Made by a program: the position numbers and the translations under genes
Part shown: one piece after another, positions 48,709 through 60,574 of the stretch
Layout of the letters: the number at the start of each line of letters is the position of its first letter
Numbering within the stretch: the first letter of the stretch is position 1
The notes under the pieces: model-generated
The model's database searches: none
The model's input: the letters and a program-made list of their open reading frames with translations, nothing else
What the model was told of the DNA's origin: nothing
Source of the DNA: Bacteroidales bacterium
Lineage (GTDB): Bacteria > Bacteroidota > Bacteroidia > Bacteroidales > Prolixibacteraceae
Assembly (NCBI GenBank): GCA_038251165.1
Contig: JBBSBP010000016.1
Location: 8,652 to 72,651 of the forward strand
Length of the DNA stretch: 64,000 nt
Reading direction: 5' to 3'

Positions 48709-50397
48709 CTAATCTTTCACCAATTTTTTATATTTCACACGTTGCGGACCGGCATCTCCCATTCGTTTTTTGCGGTTTTCTTCGTAATCGGTGAATCCAC
48801 CTTCGAAGAATACAACTCTCGAATCGCCTTCGAAAGCCAGAATATGCGTAGCAATACGATCGAGAAACCAGCGATCATGAGAAATTACAACCGCACAACC
48901 GGCAAAACTATCCAAGCCTTCCTCAAGTGCGCGGAGCGTATTGATGTCAATATCGTTGGTAGGCTCATCGAGCAGCAATACGTTTCCTTCTTCTTTCAGG
49001 GCCAAAGCCAGGTGCAACCTGTTTTTTTCACCTCCGGAAAGATAACCGCATTTTTTTTCCTGATCGGCGCCTCCAAAATTAAACCTCGAAACATAGGCAC
49101 GGGCATTCAATTGCCTTCCGCCAACCGAAATCAAATCACTTCCGCCGGTAATTACCTGGAAAACTGTTTTCTCGGGATCAATAGCCTTATGTGTTTGATC
49201 TACATAGGATATTTTCACGGTGTCACCGACATCAAAAGTTCCTTTATCAGCTTCTTCCAATTTCATGATGAGGCGAAACAGGGTTGTTTTTCCGGCACCG
49301 TTTGGTCCGATAACACCAACAATTCCGTTTGGTGGCAGGACAAAGTTCAGGTCTTCGAATAATAACCGGTCGCCATAACCCTTAGCCACATCAGCAGCTG
49401 ATATAACCCGCTCTCCAAGCCGGGGTCCATTGGGAATGAAAATTTCGAGTTTTTCCTCCTTCAGTTTTACATCTTCGTTAATCAGCCGGTCGTAGGCACT
49501 TAAACGGGCTTTCGACTTGGCCTGACGCGCTTTTGGCGACATCCGGATCCATTCCAGCTCACGTTCAAGGGTTTTGCGTCGTTTGGAAACGACCTTTTCC
49601 TCCTGTTCCATACGCTTCGATTTTTGTTCGAGCCATGACGAATAATTTCCTTTCCAGGGAATACCTTCACCACGGTCAAGTTCAAGAATCCAGCCGGCCA
49701 CATTGTCGAGGAAATAACGGTCATGCGTAATGCAGATTACGGTACCTTTGTATTGCTGAAGGTGCATTTCGAGCCACTGTACAGATTCGGCATCGAGGTG
49801 GTTGGTTGGTTCATCGAGCAGAAGGACATCCGGTTCTTTCAGCAGTAACCGGCACAAAGCCACGCGACGGCGTTCACCGCCCGAAAGTTCACCAACAAGC
49901 TGATCATCGGGTGGACATTGAAGGGCATCCATTGCACGTTCGAGTTTAGCATCGAGGTTCCAGGCATCAAAGCGGTCAATTTTATCCTGAAGGGCTGCCT
50001 GTTCATCAACCATTTTTTCCATGATATCCGGGTTTTCATAAACTTCCGGATCACCAAATTTCAGGTTGATGTCTTCATAGGCTTTCAGTACATCCACGAT
50101 CTCCTGAACACCTTCCTGAACGATTTCCTTGACAGTTTTCGATTCATCAAGCCGGGGATCCTGTTCGAGGTATCCGACCGTATAACCTGGTGCAAAAACA
50201 AGTTCACCCTGAAAGGAAGATTCGATACCGGCAATGATTTTTAACAATGTTGATTTTCCTGAACCATTGAGTCCAATAATCCCAATTTTAGCCCCAAGGA
50301 AAAAATAAAGTGAAATATCTTTGAGTACTTGTTTTTGTGGAGGATAAGTTTTGTTTACCCGGTACATGGAAAAAATTATCTTTTTATCGTCAGCCAT
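48709..50397 (-). CDS. ettA: Energy-dependent translational throttle ABC-F protein
   Basis: Two ABC domains (GLNGSGKST, LSGGERRRVALCRLL, GPNGAGKTT), ELEWIRMSPKARQAKSKAR linker. Confidence 0.95.
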   Translation of the reverse strand: MADDKKIIFSMYRVNKTYPPQKQVLKDISLYFFLGAKIGIIGLNGSGKSTLLKIIAGIESSFQGELVFAPGYTVGYLEQDPRLDESKTVKEIVQEGVQEIVDVLKAYEDINLKFGDPEVYENPDIMEKMVDEQAALQDKIDRFDAWNLDAKLERAMDALQCPPDDQLVGELSGGERRRVALCRLLLKEPDVLLLDEPTNHLDAESVQWLEMHLQQYKGTVICITHDRYFLDNVAGWILELDRGEGIPWKGNYSSWLEQKSKRMEQEEKVVSKRRKTLERELEWIRMSPKARQAKSKARLSAYDRLINEDVKLKEEKLEIFIPNGPRLGERVISAADVAKGYGDRLLFEDLNFVLPPNGIVGVIGPNGAGKTTLFRLIMKLEEADKGTFDVGDTVKISYVDQTHKAIDPEKTVFQVITGGSDLISVGGRQLNARAYVSRFNFGGADQEKKCGYLSGGEKNRLHLALALKEEGNVLLLDEPTNDIDINTLRALEEGLDSFAGCAVVISHDRWFLDRIATHILAFEGDSRVVFFEGGFTDYEENRKKRMGDAGPQRVKYKKLVKD

Positions 50398-50539
50398 ATT
50401 ATGAGATTTTTAAATTTTAGTACCGAAACCATGTGTTCAGCTATCCAAAGCCATATTTGAGTTATCAAAAATACTTCTTTTTATACATTTATTTCAGTAG
50501 TTTTAACTTAGAAATTTTCACATTTAAAAAAAAAGCGTT

Positions 50540-50917
50540 GTGAGACTTTTAATCGTTGATGATAATCCGATAAATCAAAAATTTCTGTTCTACTCTTTAA
50601 AGAGGTATTACGAAATTGAGACCGCCAATAACGGTCTTGAAGCAGTTAATAGATTAGAGAAAGAGGATTTTGACATTGTATTAATGGACTTGTCGATGCC
50701 GGTGATGGATGGAGCTGATGCAACAAGGCATATCAGAAGTTCCCTTCAGATACGAAACAATCTTATTCCGATCATTTTTGTAACGACGAATGATTTTGAA
50801 CATGAAAGATTACGTTGTATGGAAAACGGCGGAGATGCTTATTTAATCAAACCTATTGACATTGATGAATTATTAACAACCATTGATTTTCACCTGAAAC
50901 AAAGGGAGGCATTATAA
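50540..50917 (+). CDS. Single-domain response regulator
   Basis: LLIVDDN, VLMDLSMPVMDG, YLIKP. Confidence 0.88.
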   Translation: MRLLIVDDNPINQKFLFYSLKRYYEIETANNGLEAVNRLEKEDFDIVLMDLSMPVMDGADATRHIRSSLQIRNNLIPIIFVTTNDFEHERLRCMENGGDAYLIKPIDIDELLTTIDFHLKQREAL

Positions 50918-50988
50918 TAATAGTCCAAAATCCGGAATTTCGAAGAAATTCGCTATACTTCTCATTATTGTGTTAAAAAAGGGTAATT

Positions 50989-51019
50989 AAAAAGGCTGAT
51001 TTTACATCAGCCTTTTTTT
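50989..51019. terminator. Terminator at the end of the ribosomal protein cluster
   Basis: aaaaaggctgat-tttac-atcagccttttttt. Confidence 0.85.
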
Positions 51020-51041
51020 ATATTTCAACCAGTTGTATTTC

Positions 51042-51668
51042 TTATTGAACTTCAGCAGCATCTTCTTCATCTGGAGTATCAGTTGCTTTTGGAGCAGCAG
51101 TGGCTTCAGCCGGAGTATCAGCTGCTTTTGGAGCAGCAGTGGCATCAACTGGAGCATCAGTTGCTTTTGGATCAGTTTCTTTTGGAGCAGCAGCAACTTC
51201 AACAGGAGTACTGGTTGCTTTTGGAGCCACAACTTTATCGGCAGTTTTTTTCTTGCTACGACGAGAACGAACAGGTTTGATTTTGCTTTCTTTAGCAGCC
51301 AACATGTTTTCGTTGTAGTCGACTAACTCGATGATGCACATTTCTGCATTATCACCCAGTCTGTTTCCTGTTTTAAGAATTCTGGTATAACCGCCCGGGC
51401 GATCACCAACTTTTTCAGCTACATCTCTGAATAACATGGCAACAGCCGTTTTGCTCTTCAAATATTCAAATACCACCCTGCGTGAATGAGTTGCATCGTC
51501 TTTAGCCTTGGTGATAAGTGGCTCAACATATAATCTTAAGGCTTTTGCTTTTGCTAAAGTCGTAGTGATACGTTTGTGAAAGATCAATGAATTGGCCATA
51601 TTGGATAACATTGCTTTCCTATGAGCGCTTGTTCTTCCTAAATGGTTGAATTTTTTATTATGTCTCAT
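51042..51668 (-). CDS. rplQ: 50S ribosomal protein L17 with repetitive Ala/Pro/Thr-rich C-terminal extension
   Basis: [31 protein letters not shown]. Confidence 0.98.
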   Translation of the reverse strand: MRHNKKFNHLGRTSAHRKAMLSNMANSLIFHKRITTTLAKAKALRLYVEPLITKAKDDATHSRRVVFEYLKSKTAVAMLFRDVAEKVGDRPGGYTRILKTGNRLGDNAEMCIIELVDYNENMLAAKESKIKPVRSRRSKKKTADKVVAPKATSTPVEVAAAPKETDPKATDAPVDATAAPKAADTPAEATAAPKATDTPDEEDAAEVQ

Positions 51669-51674
51669 TTTTAC

Positions 51675-52667
51675 TTATTCCTTATCAAGTTTATATTTAC
51701 TGATATCCATTCCGAAAGTCAAATTCAAGCTTACCAACAAGTCATCAAGTTCTGTAAGTGATTTTTTACCGAAATTACGGAATTTGAGCAAGTCGTTCCG
51801 GTTATATGTAACCAGTTCTCCCAAAGTTTCCACATCCGCAGCCTTGAGGCAGTTCAATGCACGTACAGAAAGATCCATATCAACTAATTTTGTTTTCAAC
51901 AGTTGACGCATGTGCAGAACTTCTTCATCAAATTCTTCGTTTGCGAATTTTTCATCCGAATCAATGGTGATTTTTTCATCAGAAAATAGCATGAAGTGAT
52001 AAATCAGAATTTTTGCAGCTTCTTTTAACGCATCCTTAGGGTGAATTGAACCATCGGTAGTGATCTCAAAAACCAACTTTTCGTAGTCAGTTTTTTGCTC
52101 CACGCGATAATTTTCGACAGCATATTTCACATTCTTGATCGGAGTGAAAATTGAATCGATCGGAATTACTCCAAACTCAGCATCGATCGGCTTATTTTCA
52201 GCGCTTGGAACATATCCTCGACCTTTGTTGATGGTGATATCTAACTGCAATTTAACCTCAGGTTCCATCCGGCAAATAATTAAATCCGGGTTTAGAACAC
52301 GGAAACCAGTCATATACTTATTGATATCACCAGCGGTAAATGTATCCTGACCGGTAATTGAAATTGAAACCTTTTCGCTGTCAAAATCTTCCACTTCGCG
52401 TTTAAAGCGAATTTGCTTCATGTTCAGAATGATTTCAGTAACATCTTCCATCACACCTTTTATGGTTGCAAATTCGTGGTCAACTTTATCAATTTTGACA
52501 GTAGTAATTGTATAACCTTCCAAAGAGGATAACAGAATTCTACGTAAAGCATTACCAATTGTAATACCATAACCTGGTTCCAATGGACGGAATTCAAATT
52601 TACCGTACTTCTCATCGGTTTCAACCATTATTACTTTGTCGGGTTTTTGGAACGCTAATATTGCCAT
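51675..52667 (-). CDS. rpoA: RNA polymerase alpha subunit
   Basis: [37 protein letters not shown]. Confidence 0.99.
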   Translation of the reverse strand: MAILAFQKPDKVIMVETDEKYGKFEFRPLEPGYGITIGNALRRILLSSLEGYTITTVKIDKVDHEFATIKGVMEDVTEIILNMKQIRFKREVEDFDSEKVSISITGQDTFTAGDINKYMTGFRVLNPDLIICRMEPEVKLQLDITINKGRGYVPSAENKPIDAEFGVIPIDSIFTPIKNVKYAVENYRVEQKTDYEKLVFEITTDGSIHPKDALKEAAKILIYHFMLFSDEKITIDSDEKFANEEFDEEVLHMRQLLKTKLVDMDLSVRALNCLKAADVETLGELVTYNRNDLLKFRNFGKKSLTELDDLLVSLNLTFGMDISKYKLDKE

Positions 52668-52686
52668 AATAATACTGAGTAATTGA

Positions 52687-53295
52687 TTATTTAGAATACA
52701 ACTCTACGATAAGTTGTTCTTTAATGTTTTCAGGGATTTCTGATCTCTCCGGACGGGCAAGAAATTTCCCGACCAATTGAGCGCTGTCCCATTCCAACCA
52801 TGCAAACTTATTATACCGGCGCGCGTTCACTGAAGCAGTAATTACTTCGAGTGATTTAGATTTTTCACGAACGCCAACTACATCACCAGCACGTAAATGA
52901 TATGAAGGAATATTTACTACTTCACCATTAACTGTGATGTGTTTATGAGAAACCAACTGACGTGCACCTGAACGTGTCGGAGAAATTCCTAAACGGAATA
53001 CGACATTATCCAGACGGCCTTCGAGCAGTTGTAACAGAACTTCACCGGTAACACCTTTAGATGCAGATGCTTTTTTGAACAGATTAGAGAATTGTTTTTC
53101 CAAAACACCATACATGTATTTTGCTTTTTGCTTTTCTTTTAACTGTATACCATATTCAGATTTTTTACGTCTGCGGCTGGCCAACCCATGAAATCCTGGC
53201 GGGTAATTTTTCTTTTCAAGTACTTTATCCGGTCCGAAAATCGCTTCTCCGAATTTTCGGGCGATTCTTGATTTTGGTCCTGTATATCTTGCCAT
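52687..53295 (-). CDS. rpsD: 30S ribosomal protein S4
   Basis: MARYTGP start at 53295; [20 protein letters not shown]. Confidence 0.98.
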   Translation of the reverse strand: MARYTGPKSRIARKFGEAIFGPDKVLEKKNYPPGFHGLASRRRKKSEYGIQLKEKQKAKYMYGVLEKQFSNLFKKASASKGVTGEVLLQLLEGRLDNVVFRLGISPTRSGARQLVSHKHITVNGEVVNIPSYHLRAGDVVGVREKSKSLEVITASVNARRYNKFAWLEWDSAQLVGKFLARPERSEIPENIKEQLIVELYSK

Positions 53296-53315
53296 TACTG
53301 TCTTAATTAAATAGA

Positions 53316-53705
53316 TTAAACACGTCTTCTTTTTGCAGGCCGGCAACCATTGTGTGGTAGCGGAGTAACATCCACGATTTCACTAACCGCGATGCCAACA
53401 CTGCTAATTGCACGAATTGCAGATTCACGACCATTACCCGGACCTTTAACATATACTTTCACCTTCCGGAGTCCAAGATCATATGCTGTCTTGGCACATT
53501 CTTCAGAAGCTACCTGAGCTGCATAGGGAGTATTCTTTTTGGAACCTCTAAATCCCTTTTTACCGGCAGACGACCACGAAATCACTTCACCATTACCATT
53601 GGTCAGAGACACAATGATGTTATTGAATGAAGAATGAATGTGTGCCTGTCCGATTGCTTCAACGATAACAACTCGTTTTTTTGTAGAACCAGTCTTTTTT
53701 GCCAT
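53316..53705 (-). CDS. rpsK: 30S ribosomal protein S11
   Basis: [30 protein letters not shown]. Confidence 0.99.
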   Translation of the reverse strand: MAKKTGSTKKRVVIVEAIGQAHIHSSFNNIIVSLTNGNGEVISWSSAGKKGFRGSKKNTPYAAQVASEECAKTAYDLGLRKVKVYVKGPGNGRESAIRAISSVGIAVSEIVDVTPLPHNGCRPAKRRRV

Positions 53706-53719
53706 AATTTAAATATCAA

Positions 53720-54097
53720 TTATTTAGTGGCTTTTTTCTTATTAGCAACAGTTTTTCTTTTTCCTTTACGTGTACGGGCATTGTTTTTTGTACTTTGTCC
53801 ACGAACAGGTAAACCTACACGATGACGAATACCGCGATAACAGCCGATATCCATTAACCGTTTAATATTCATCTGGGTTTCGGAACGTAATTCTCCCTCT
53901 ACCTTGATGCTTCCACTGATCGCTGCGCGAATTGCAGCCAAATGATCATCAGTCCAATCCTGAACCTTGATGTTTTTGTCAACGCCGGCTTTTTCGAAAA
54001 GAGTAACTGAAAGATTACGCCCAATACCGTAGATATAGGTTAATGCAATCTCTCCTCTTTTATTGTTAGGGATGTCAACACCACTTATACGAGCCAT
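53720..54097 (-). CDS. rpsM: 30S ribosomal protein S13
   Basis: [25 protein letters not shown]. Confidence 0.99.
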   Translation of the reverse strand: MARISGVDIPNNKRGEIALTYIYGIGRNLSVTLFEKAGVDKNIKVQDWTDDHLAAIRAAISGSIKVEGELRSETQMNIKRLMDIGCYRGIRHRVGLPVRGQSTKNNARTRKGKRKTVANKKKATK

Positions 54098-54124
54098 AAA
54101 TAAAATTTTTACAAAGTTAATTAA

Positions 54125-54241
54125 TTATCCCTGACGTTGTTTGTACTTAGGATTTTTTTTGTTAATCACGTACAAACGGCCTTTTCTGCGAACAATTTTG
54201 CAGTCGGCACTACGCTTCTTAATGGATGTTCTTACTTTCAT
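54125..54241 (-). CDS. rpmJ: 50S ribosomal protein L36 (not in ORF track)
   Basis: [38 protein letters not shown]. Confidence 0.97.
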   Translation of the reverse strand: MKVRTSIKKRSADCKIVRRKGRLYVINKKNPKYKQRQG

Positions 54242-54252
54242 TATTTTGTGCT

Positions 54253-54474
54253 TTAGTTTTTGTATCTAAAAGAAATTCTTCCTTTTGTCAGGTCGTAAGG
54301 CGACATTTCAACTTTCACTTTATCGCCTGGTAAAATTTTGATGTAATGCATCCTCATTTTACCGGAAATATGGGCAGTGACGATATGTCCGTTTTCCAAT
54401 TCAACCCTGAACATTGCATTCGATAATGATTCAATGATTGTTCCGTCTTGTTCTATTGAAGACTGTTTTGCCAT
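54253..54474 (-). CDS. infA: Translation initiation factor IF-1
   Basis: [30 protein letters not shown]. Confidence 0.99.
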   Translation of the reverse strand: MAKQSSIEQDGTIIESLSNAMFRVELENGHIVTAHISGKMRMHYIKILPGDKVKVEMSPYDLTKGRISFRYKN

Positions 54475-54677
54475 AAATATATTCTAATTATCAAGTATTT
54501 TGATGTTAAAATTTCGAATTCTCATTCAGGTTAAAACACCAGTACGGCCGATTAAAAAATTCCGTTAATAAATCCGGCAAAACTACAAGAATTACCGGAT
54601 TTACTTGGCTATTTATGTAATTTAATTTAACAAGTATAGAACTTTCACCAATCCAAGACATTAAATGTCTAAACTCA

Positions 54678-56021
54678 TTAGTACATTGCTCCTCCACTTC
54701 CAGTACGTCCTTTGATACGGCCTGATTTCATCAGACCATCGTAATGACGCATTAAGAGGTGGCTTTCAATTTGTTGAAGTGTATCCAATACAACACCTAC
54801 AAGGATTAACAGGGAAGTACCGCCATAAAAATAGGCGAACTGCTGGTTAATACCTGCCAACATGGCAAATGCCGGAAGAATGGTAATAATCCCCAGGAAA
54901 ACTGATCCGGGAAGCGTAATTCTCGACATCACCGTATCAAGAAATTCAACAGTTTTCTTTCCTGGTTTGACACCTGGAATAAAACCACCGTTTTTCTTCA
55001 TATCCTCAGCCATTTGTAATGGGTTGACGGTAATTGCAGTATAAAAATACGTAAAAAGGATAACCAATAAAAATTGAGTCAGGTTATACCAGAATCCGGT
55101 GTGATTTGAAAAAGCAGCTGCAAAGCCACTCATACCGTCCGATTTGGCAAAACCTGCAAGACTAATTGGAATAAACATGATTGCCTGAGCAAAAATGATA
55201 GGCATTACTCCTGCCGCATTCACTTTCAAAGGAATATACTGACGAACACCACCATATTGTTTGTTGCCTACAATTCGTTTCGCGTATTGTACCGGTATTT
55301 TACGGGTTCCCTGAACCAGCAAAATAGCAGCCATAAATACAACGATAAGTACAACAAACTCTAAAAGGAACATCACCATACCACCACCTTGCTGTTCGAT
55401 GCGTGAAGCAAATTCAGCAACGATAGAATGTGGTAAGCGGGCAATGATACCGATCATGATAATCAGAGATATCCCATTTCCTATACCTTTATCCGTAATA
55501 CGTTCACCGAGCCACATGACAAACATCGAACCAGCAGTTAAAATAATGGTTGATGAGATGGTAAAGATGGTTCCGGTAATCGCAAAAGCCGATTCAGGCA
55601 ATTGGGCATGAAGGTTAACTAAATAAGCAGGCGCCTGGAAGACCAGGATAAGTACAGTCAGATAACGGGTTAGCTGATTGATTTTACGACGTCCTGATTC
55701 ACCTTCCTTTTGTAACCGCTGAAAATAAGGTACCGCAATACCCATCAACTGGATCACAATGGAAGCCGAAATATAAGGCATAATCCCCAAAGCAAAAATA
55801 GATGCCTTAGAGAATGCTCCTCCGGAGAACATATCCAACAATCCGAGCAACCCCTCAGATGTTTGATTTTGGAGTTGAGTCAGCTGAGCCGGATCAACTC
55901 CAGGTAAGGAAACATACGAACCTAAACGATAAATTAAAAGTAAAAACAATGTAACCCCCAACCGGGACCGCAAGTCTTCAATCTTGTAAATATTCTTTAG
56001 GGTTTCTATAAATTTTTTCAT
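54678..56021 (-). CDS. secY: Preprotein translocase SecY
   Basis: SIFALGIMPYISASIVIQL, GIGNGISLII, GVMPIIFA, GGTSLLILVGV. Confidence 0.99.
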   Translation of the reverse strand: MKKFIETLKNIYKIEDLRSRLGVTLFLLLIYRLGSYVSLPGVDPAQLTQLQNQTSEGLLGLLDMFSGGAFSKASIFALGIMPYISASIVIQLMGIAVPYFQRLQKEGESGRRKINQLTRYLTVLILVFQAPAYLVNLHAQLPESAFAITGTIFTISSTIILTAGSMFVMWLGERITDKGIGNGISLIIMIGIIARLPHSIVAEFASRIEQQGGGMVMFLLEFVVLIVVFMAAILLVQGTRKIPVQYAKRIVGNKQYGGVRQYIPLKVNAAGVMPIIFAQAIMFIPISLAGFAKSDGMSGFAAAFSNHTGFWYNLTQFLLVILFTYFYTAITVNPLQMAEDMKKNGGFIPGVKPGKKTVEFLDTVMSRITLPGSVFLGIITILPAFAMLAGINQQFAYFYGGTSLLILVGVVLDTLQQIESHLLMRHYDGLMKSGRIKGRTGSGGAMY

Positions 56022-56026
56022 TTATT

Positions 56027-56473
56027 CTAGAGTATTTCGGTGGTTCCTTCTAGTTTTTCAATGGCTTCTTTGGCTCTTTTAGAAAAAGCGTGAGCTTTAA
56101 CTTCCAATTTAAGGTTCAATACTCCATCTCCCAAAACCTTCACTTTGTTCCTTTTGGAAGCCATACCTGCTTCGACTAATGTATTCACATCAATGCAGGT
56201 CAGGCTTAAGGATTCAGCCAATTCCTGGATTACATCCAGGTTGATTGCTTTAAACTCTTTTCTGTTGACGTTTTTAAAGCCAAATTTAGGTACCACGCGC
56301 TGCAAAGGCATCTGACCACCTTCAAAACCGCGACGGCTTTTATAACCGGATCTCGATTTGGCACCTTTATGTCCTCGTGTAGAGGTGCCCCCGTGACCGG
56401 AGCCCTGACCCCGGCCAATTCGCTTTACGCTCTTTGTTGAACCTTCGGCAGGTTTAAGATTACTTAAATCCAT
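56027..56473 (-). CDS. rplO: 50S ribosomal protein L15
   Basis: [18 protein letters not shown]. Confidence 0.98.
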   Translation of the reverse strand: MDLSNLKPAEGSTKSVKRIGRGQGSGHGGTSTRGHKGAKSRSGYKSRRGFEGGQMPLQRVVPKFGFKNVNRKEFKAINLDVIQELAESLSLTCIDVNTLVEAGMASKRNKVKVLGDGVLNLKLEVKAHAFSKRAKEAIEKLEGTTEIL

Positions 56474-56493
56474 ATTTATTGATCTTAATAGGT

Positions 56494-56673
56494 TTAAACT
56501 TCTTCAACAATTACGAGATGCTGCAATTTATTGACCATCCCCATAATTTGTGGAGTTACTTCGTGTATCACCGGCCGGTTTAGTTTTTTGATTCCAAGAG
56601 CAACAAGAGTTGCTTTTTGTCTCCAATCAGAACCGATCTGACTCCTAATTTGTGTAATTTTTATCTTAGCCAT
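56494..56673 (-). CDS. rpmD: 50S ribosomal protein L30 (not in ORF track)
   Basis: [14 protein letters not shown]...[17 protein letters not shown]...[10 protein letters not shown]. Confidence 0.95.
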   Translation of the reverse strand: MAKIKITQIRSQIGSDWRQKATLVALGIKKLNRPVIHEVTPQIMGMVNKLQHLVIVEEV

Positions 56674-56679
56674 AACTCC

Positions 56680-57195
56680 TTATCCATTAAATACTTTATC
56701 CAAGGTTACACCACGGTGTTCAGCTACAGTATGAGCATCGCGTAATTCAAGAAGCGCATTCATGGTGGCTTTCACCAGATTATGCGGGTTCGACGATCCT
56801 TTTGATTTCGCAAGGATGTTATGAACGCCAACACTTTCCAATACCGAGCGCATAGCACCTCCGGCTTTTACCCCGGTACCTGATGTTGCAGGTTTTAGAA
56901 ATACACGTGCACCTCCAAATTTGGCATCCTGTTCGTGAGGAATTGTACCTTTATAAATCGGAACCTTTATCAGGTTCTTTTTTGCAGCATCAACTCCTTT
57001 TGAAATTGCTGTGGTAACCTCGCTGGCTTTACCGAGGCCCCAGCCTACGATTCCATCTTCGTTGCCAACTACAACAATAGCTGAAAAGCTAAATGTTCTA
57101 CCTCCTTTGGTTACCTTAGTAACACGGTTTATAGCTACCAACCGGTCTTTCAGTTCCAGATCACTGGTTTTTACTTTTCTGATATCTCCTGTCAT
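56680..57195 (-). CDS. rpsE: 30S ribosomal protein S5
   Basis: [21 protein letters not shown]. Confidence 0.99.
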   Translation of the reverse strand: MTGDIRKVKTSDLELKDRLVAINRVTKVTKGGRTFSFSAIVVVGNEDGIVGWGLGKASEVTTAISKGVDAAKKNLIKVPIYKGTIPHEQDAKFGGARVFLKPATSGTGVKAGGAMRSVLESVGVHNILAKSKGSSNPHNLVKATMNALLELRDAHTVAEHRGVTLDKVFNG

Positions 57196-57200
57196 AACGC

Positions 57201-57557
57201 TTAAAATTTAAGGCCACCTTCACGGGCAGCATCAGCTAACTGTTTAACTCTTCCGTGATACAAATAACCATTCCGATCAAATACAACAGCAGAGAAACCA
57301 GCTGCAAGAGCCTTTTCTGCAACTGCTTTTCCAATTTTTGCAGCTATTTCGACTTTGGTACCCTCGGTACCTGCGAAATCTTTATTAAGTGAAGATACTG
57401 ATAACAAGGTTTTTCCTGACAGATCATCGATCAACTGAGCATAAATTTGCTTGTTGCTTCTGAAAACATTCAAACGTGGTCTTGTAGCAGTTCCGGAAAC
57501 AATTTTCCGGATTCTTTTCTTAATTCTATATCTTCTTTCTTGCTTTGTTAAAGCCAT
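57201..57557 (-). CDS. rplR: 50S ribosomal protein L18
   Basis: [22 protein letters not shown]. Confidence 0.98.
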   Translation of the reverse strand: MALTKQERRYRIKKRIRKIVSGTATRPRLNVFRSNKQIYAQLIDDLSGKTLLSVSSLNKDFAGTEGTKVEIAAKIGKAVAEKALAAGFSAVVFDRNGYLYHGRVKQLADAAREGGLKF

Positions 57558-57572
57558 GGTTTTAAAATTTTA

Positions 57573-58130
57573 CTATTTAGCACCCGCTGATTTACCGGCC
57601 TTGCGCCTAATAACTTCACCAACAAACTTAACACCTTTTCCTTTGTAAGGCTCAGGTTTTCTGAAGGATCTGATTTTGGCTGCAATATGACCAATAAGTT
57701 GTTTATCACAGCTTTTCAGAGTTACAATCGGGTTACTACGTTTATCACTTTTAGCCTCTACTGTAACTTCACCAGGAAGTTGCATAAAGGTATGATGTGA
57801 ATAACCTAAAACCAAATCGAGTACCTGACCATCATTTTCAGCACGATAACCAACACCGACCAATTCGAGTTTTATTTCGTAGCCTTTTGAAACACCAATT
57901 ACCATGTTGTTGACCAATGAACGGTACAAACCATGAATGGCACGGTGTTTTTTCTCATCGGAAGGACGAACAACCGTCAATGTATTACCTTCTAAAGTAA
58001 AAGTGATATCGGGATCAACTTGTTGTTTTAGTTCGCCCAGCGGGCCTTTTACTGTAACCAGATTTGTATCGCTTACGGTAAAATGAACACCTGCCGGTAT
58101 TTCAATGGGTAGTTTACCTATCCTTGACAT
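57573..58130 (-). CDS. rplF: 50S ribosomal protein L6
   Basis: MSRIGKLP start at 58130; PEPYKGKG. Confidence 0.98.
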   Translation of the reverse strand: MSRIGKLPIEIPAGVHFTVSDTNLVTVKGPLGELKQQVDPDITFTLEGNTLTVVRPSDEKKHRAIHGLYRSLVNNMVIGVSKGYEIKLELVGVGYRAENDGQVLDLVLGYSHHTFMQLPGEVTVEAKSDKRSNPIVTLKSCDKQLIGHIAAKIRSFRKPEPYKGKGVKFVGEVIRRKAGKSAGAK

Positions 58131-58146
58131 TATTATTCCTCCTAGA

Positions 58147-58554
58147 TTAATAAACGTAACATAAGACTTCACCGCCAACACCTAATTCCCGAGCTTCCTT
58201 GTCGGTAATTACGCCTCTGGAGGTCGATATTACAGCAATTCCCAAACCGTTAAGTACACGTGGAATACTGTCGATGTGGCAATATTTACGTAACCCAGGT
58301 TTACTGATTCTTCTTATCGTTTTGATAGCAGGAATGCGTGTCTCTGGATTATATTTCAATGCAATTTTAATATTGCCCTGAAAGTTAATTTCATCCTCGA
58401 ACTTATAGTTCAGGATATATCCTTTATCTTTCAAAATTTTGGTAATTTCTTTCTTGATATTGGATGCAGGGATATCAACAACACGATGTTTTGCCTTTTG
58501 AGCATTTCTGATTCGTGTCAGATAATCTGCTATTGGATCTGTAATTTTGCTCAT
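58147..58554 (-). CDS. rpsH: 30S ribosomal protein S8
   Basis: [30 protein letters not shown]. Confidence 0.98.
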   Translation of the reverse strand: MSKITDPIADYLTRIRNAQKAKHRVVDIPASNIKKEITKILKDKGYILNYKFEDEINFQGNIKIALKYNPETRIPAIKTIRRISKPGLRKYCHIDSIPRVLNGLGIAVISTSRGVITDKEARELGVGGEVLCYVY

Positions 58555-58571
58555 TACTTCTTAATTATAAA

Positions 58572-58841
58572 TTACCAACTTGCTTTTTTAACACCCGGAA
58601 TTAAGCCAGAAGAAGCCATTTCTCTGAAATTGATCCTGCTGACTCCGAACTGACGCATATATCCTTTCGGACGACCGGTTAATTTGCATCTGTTATGCAT
58701 ACGAATACGGGAAGAGTTCTTAGGTAACTTCTGAAGACCGACATAATCACCTTCAGCCTTAAGCATGGCTCTCTTTTCGGCATATTTTTCAACAAGTTTG
58801 GCTCTTTTAACCTCACGAGCTTTCATTGATTCCTTAGCCAT
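58572..58841 (-). CDS. rpsN: 30S ribosomal protein S14
   Basis: [26 protein letters not shown]. Confidence 0.98.
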   Translation of the reverse strand: MAKESMKAREVKRAKLVEKYAEKRAMLKAEGDYVGLQKLPKNSSRIRMHNRCKLTGRPKGYMRQFGVSRINFREMASSGLIPGVKKASW

Positions 58842-58844
58842 ATC

Positions 58845-59402
58845 TTAATTCTTTTTAGCATTTTTAAACGGTAAACCTAACTCTTTCAATAAAGCGTAGC
58901 CTTCTTCATCTGAATCGGCTGTCGTAACGAAAGTAATATTCATTCCGTTGATACGGGTAACTTTGTCCAGTACGATTTCAGGGAAAATGATCTGCTCCGG
59001 AATGCCGAGGGTGTAATTTCCTCTGCCATCCATTTTGCTTTCAATTCCTTTAAAATCACGAATTCGGGGAAGAGATACACTGATTAAACGATCCAGGAAT
59101 TCATACATACGATCTCTGCGCAAGTTCACACGAACGCCAATCGGCATTTTTTTCCTTAGTTTGAAATTAGAGATGTCCTTTTTAGATTTGGTTTGGACTG
59201 CCTTTTGACCTGCGATATTAGTAATCTCCTCGGTAGCGACTTCGATTAACTTTTTATCTGCAATAGCAGCTCCAACTCCCTGGTTGATGACAATTTTCTC
59301 TAACCTCGGTGCCTGCATAGCGTTTTTGTAGGAAAACTCCTTTACTAACGCAGGTATAACTTCGTTTAAATATTTTTCTTTAAGTGTTGGTACGTAAGCC
59401 AT
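58845..59402 (-). CDS. rplE: 50S ribosomal protein L5
   Basis: [23 protein letters not shown]. Confidence 0.98.
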   Translation of the reverse strand: MAYVPTLKEKYLNEVIPALVKEFSYKNAMQAPRLEKIVINQGVGAAIADKKLIEVATEEITNIAGQKAVQTKSKKDISNFKLRKKMPIGVRVNLRRDRMYEFLDRLISVSLPRIRDFKGIESKMDGRGNYTLGIPEQIIFPEIVLDKVTRINGMNITFVTTADSDEEGYALLKELGLPFKNAKKN

Positions 59403-59725
59403 TACTTAATCTCCTCTCCTGATTTTTTTGAATAACGAACTAATTTCCCTTTATCATTCAGCTTCCTTCCGATACGAGTTGGTTTCCCTGTTTTGGGATC
59501 CTTATTCATAAGGTTGGAAATGTGAATGGGTGCTTCCTTCTCCACAATACCTCCCTGCGGATGAGTCGCATTTGGTTTTGTGTGTTTTTTAACCATATTA
59601 ACACCTTCCACAATAGCTTTATCGGTTGCTCTGATAACTTCAAGCACTTTACCTTCCCGTCCGTTGTAATTGCCAGCAATTACAACCACGGTGTCGCCTT
59701 TTTTAATATGTAGTTTTTTCTGCAT
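59402..59725 (-). CDS. rplX: 50S ribosomal protein L24
   Basis: [20 protein letters not shown]; start placed at 59725. Confidence 0.97.
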   Translation of the reverse strand: MQKKLHIKKGDTVVVIAGNYNGREGKVLEVIRATDKAIVEGVNMVKKHTKPNATHPQGGIVEKEAPIHISNLMNKDPKTGKPTRIGRKLNDKGKLVRYSKKSGEEIK

Positions 59726-59742
59726 TGTTCTGATTTTATGCA

Positions 59743-60108
59743 TTAAAGTACTTCAGGAGCAAGTGAAATAATCTTCATATTTTTATCACGAAGTTCTCTT
59801 GCTACGGGTCCGAATATACGAGTTCCGCGCATTTCACCAGTGTTATTCAGCAAAACCACTGCGTTATCATCAAAACGGATATACGATCCATCCTGGCGAC
59901 GAACTTCTTTGGTTGTACGGACAACAATTGCTTTCGAAACGGCACCTTTTTTCATTTCACTACCCGCTATAGCACTTTTTACTGTAACTACAATGGTATC
60001 GCCTAATGAAGCATAGCGCTTTCTTGTTCCGCCGAGTACGCGAATACAAAGTACTTGCTTTGCTCCACTATTATCGGCAACGGCACATCTTGATTCCTGT
60101 TGTATCAT
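59743..60108 (-). CDS. rplN: 50S ribosomal protein L14
   Basis: [30 protein letters not shown]. Confidence 0.99.
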   Translation of the reverse strand: MIQQESRCAVADNSGAKQVLCIRVLGGTRKRYASLGDTIVVTVKSAIAGSEMKKGAVSKAIVVRTTKEVRRQDGSYIRFDDNAVVLLNNTGEMRGTRIFGPVARELRDKNMKIISLAPEVL

Positions 60109-60110
60109 GA

Positions 60111-60368
60111 TTACTTAGCTCTTTCTATGATTTCCACTAATCTCCAACATTTCTGTTTACTGATAGGTCGTGTTTCCATGATCTTGACAGTATCGCCGAT
60201 GTTGCAGCTGTTCTTTTCATCGTGGGCGTAAAACTTGGAAGTTTTGTTGACGAATTTACCATAAATAGGATGTTTTTCCTTGCGCTTTTCAGCCACAACG
60301 ATGGTGCATTCCATTTTGTTACTCACAACAACTCCCACACGCTCCTTTCTTAGATTTCTTGATTCCAT
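60111..60368 (-). CDS. rpsQ: 30S ribosomal protein S17
   Basis: [21 protein letters not shown]. Confidence 0.98.
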   Translation of the reverse strand: MESRNLRKERVGVVVSNKMECTIVVAEKRKEKHPIYGKFVNKTSKFYAHDEKNSCNIGDTVKIMETRPISKQKCWRLVEIIERAK

Positions 60369-60574
60369 TACGAACTCTGTTTTGCGTTAATTTCCCTTTG
60401 ACGTAGAATGGTTTTGAGTCGTGCAATATTCCTTCTCAAACCCACGATGTGTTGTGGATTATCCATTGGAGTAATTGCATGGTTCATTTTCATCCGTAAC
60501 AAGGAATCCTGATCGGTCTGAACTCTTTCCAGAATCTCAGCGTTTGTTAATTCTTGAATTTCTGATGTTTTCAT
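60368..60574 (-). CDS. rpmC: 50S ribosomal protein L29
   Basis: [17 protein letters not shown]; position in the operon. Confidence 0.95.
   Translation of the reverse strand: MKTSEIQELTNAEILERVQTDQDSLLRMKMNHAITPMDNPQHIVGLRRNIARLKTILRQREINAKQSS

Noticed and set aside
51060-51232. Regularly spaced repeats as a possible CRISPR array
   Set aside because: In-frame coding repeats within rplQ with no unique spacers; no cas genes in the window.
54125-58841. Zinc-ribbon-less L36 and S14 as a zinc-starvation paralog signal
   Set aside because: These forms are the normal operon-encoded versions in Bacteroidota.
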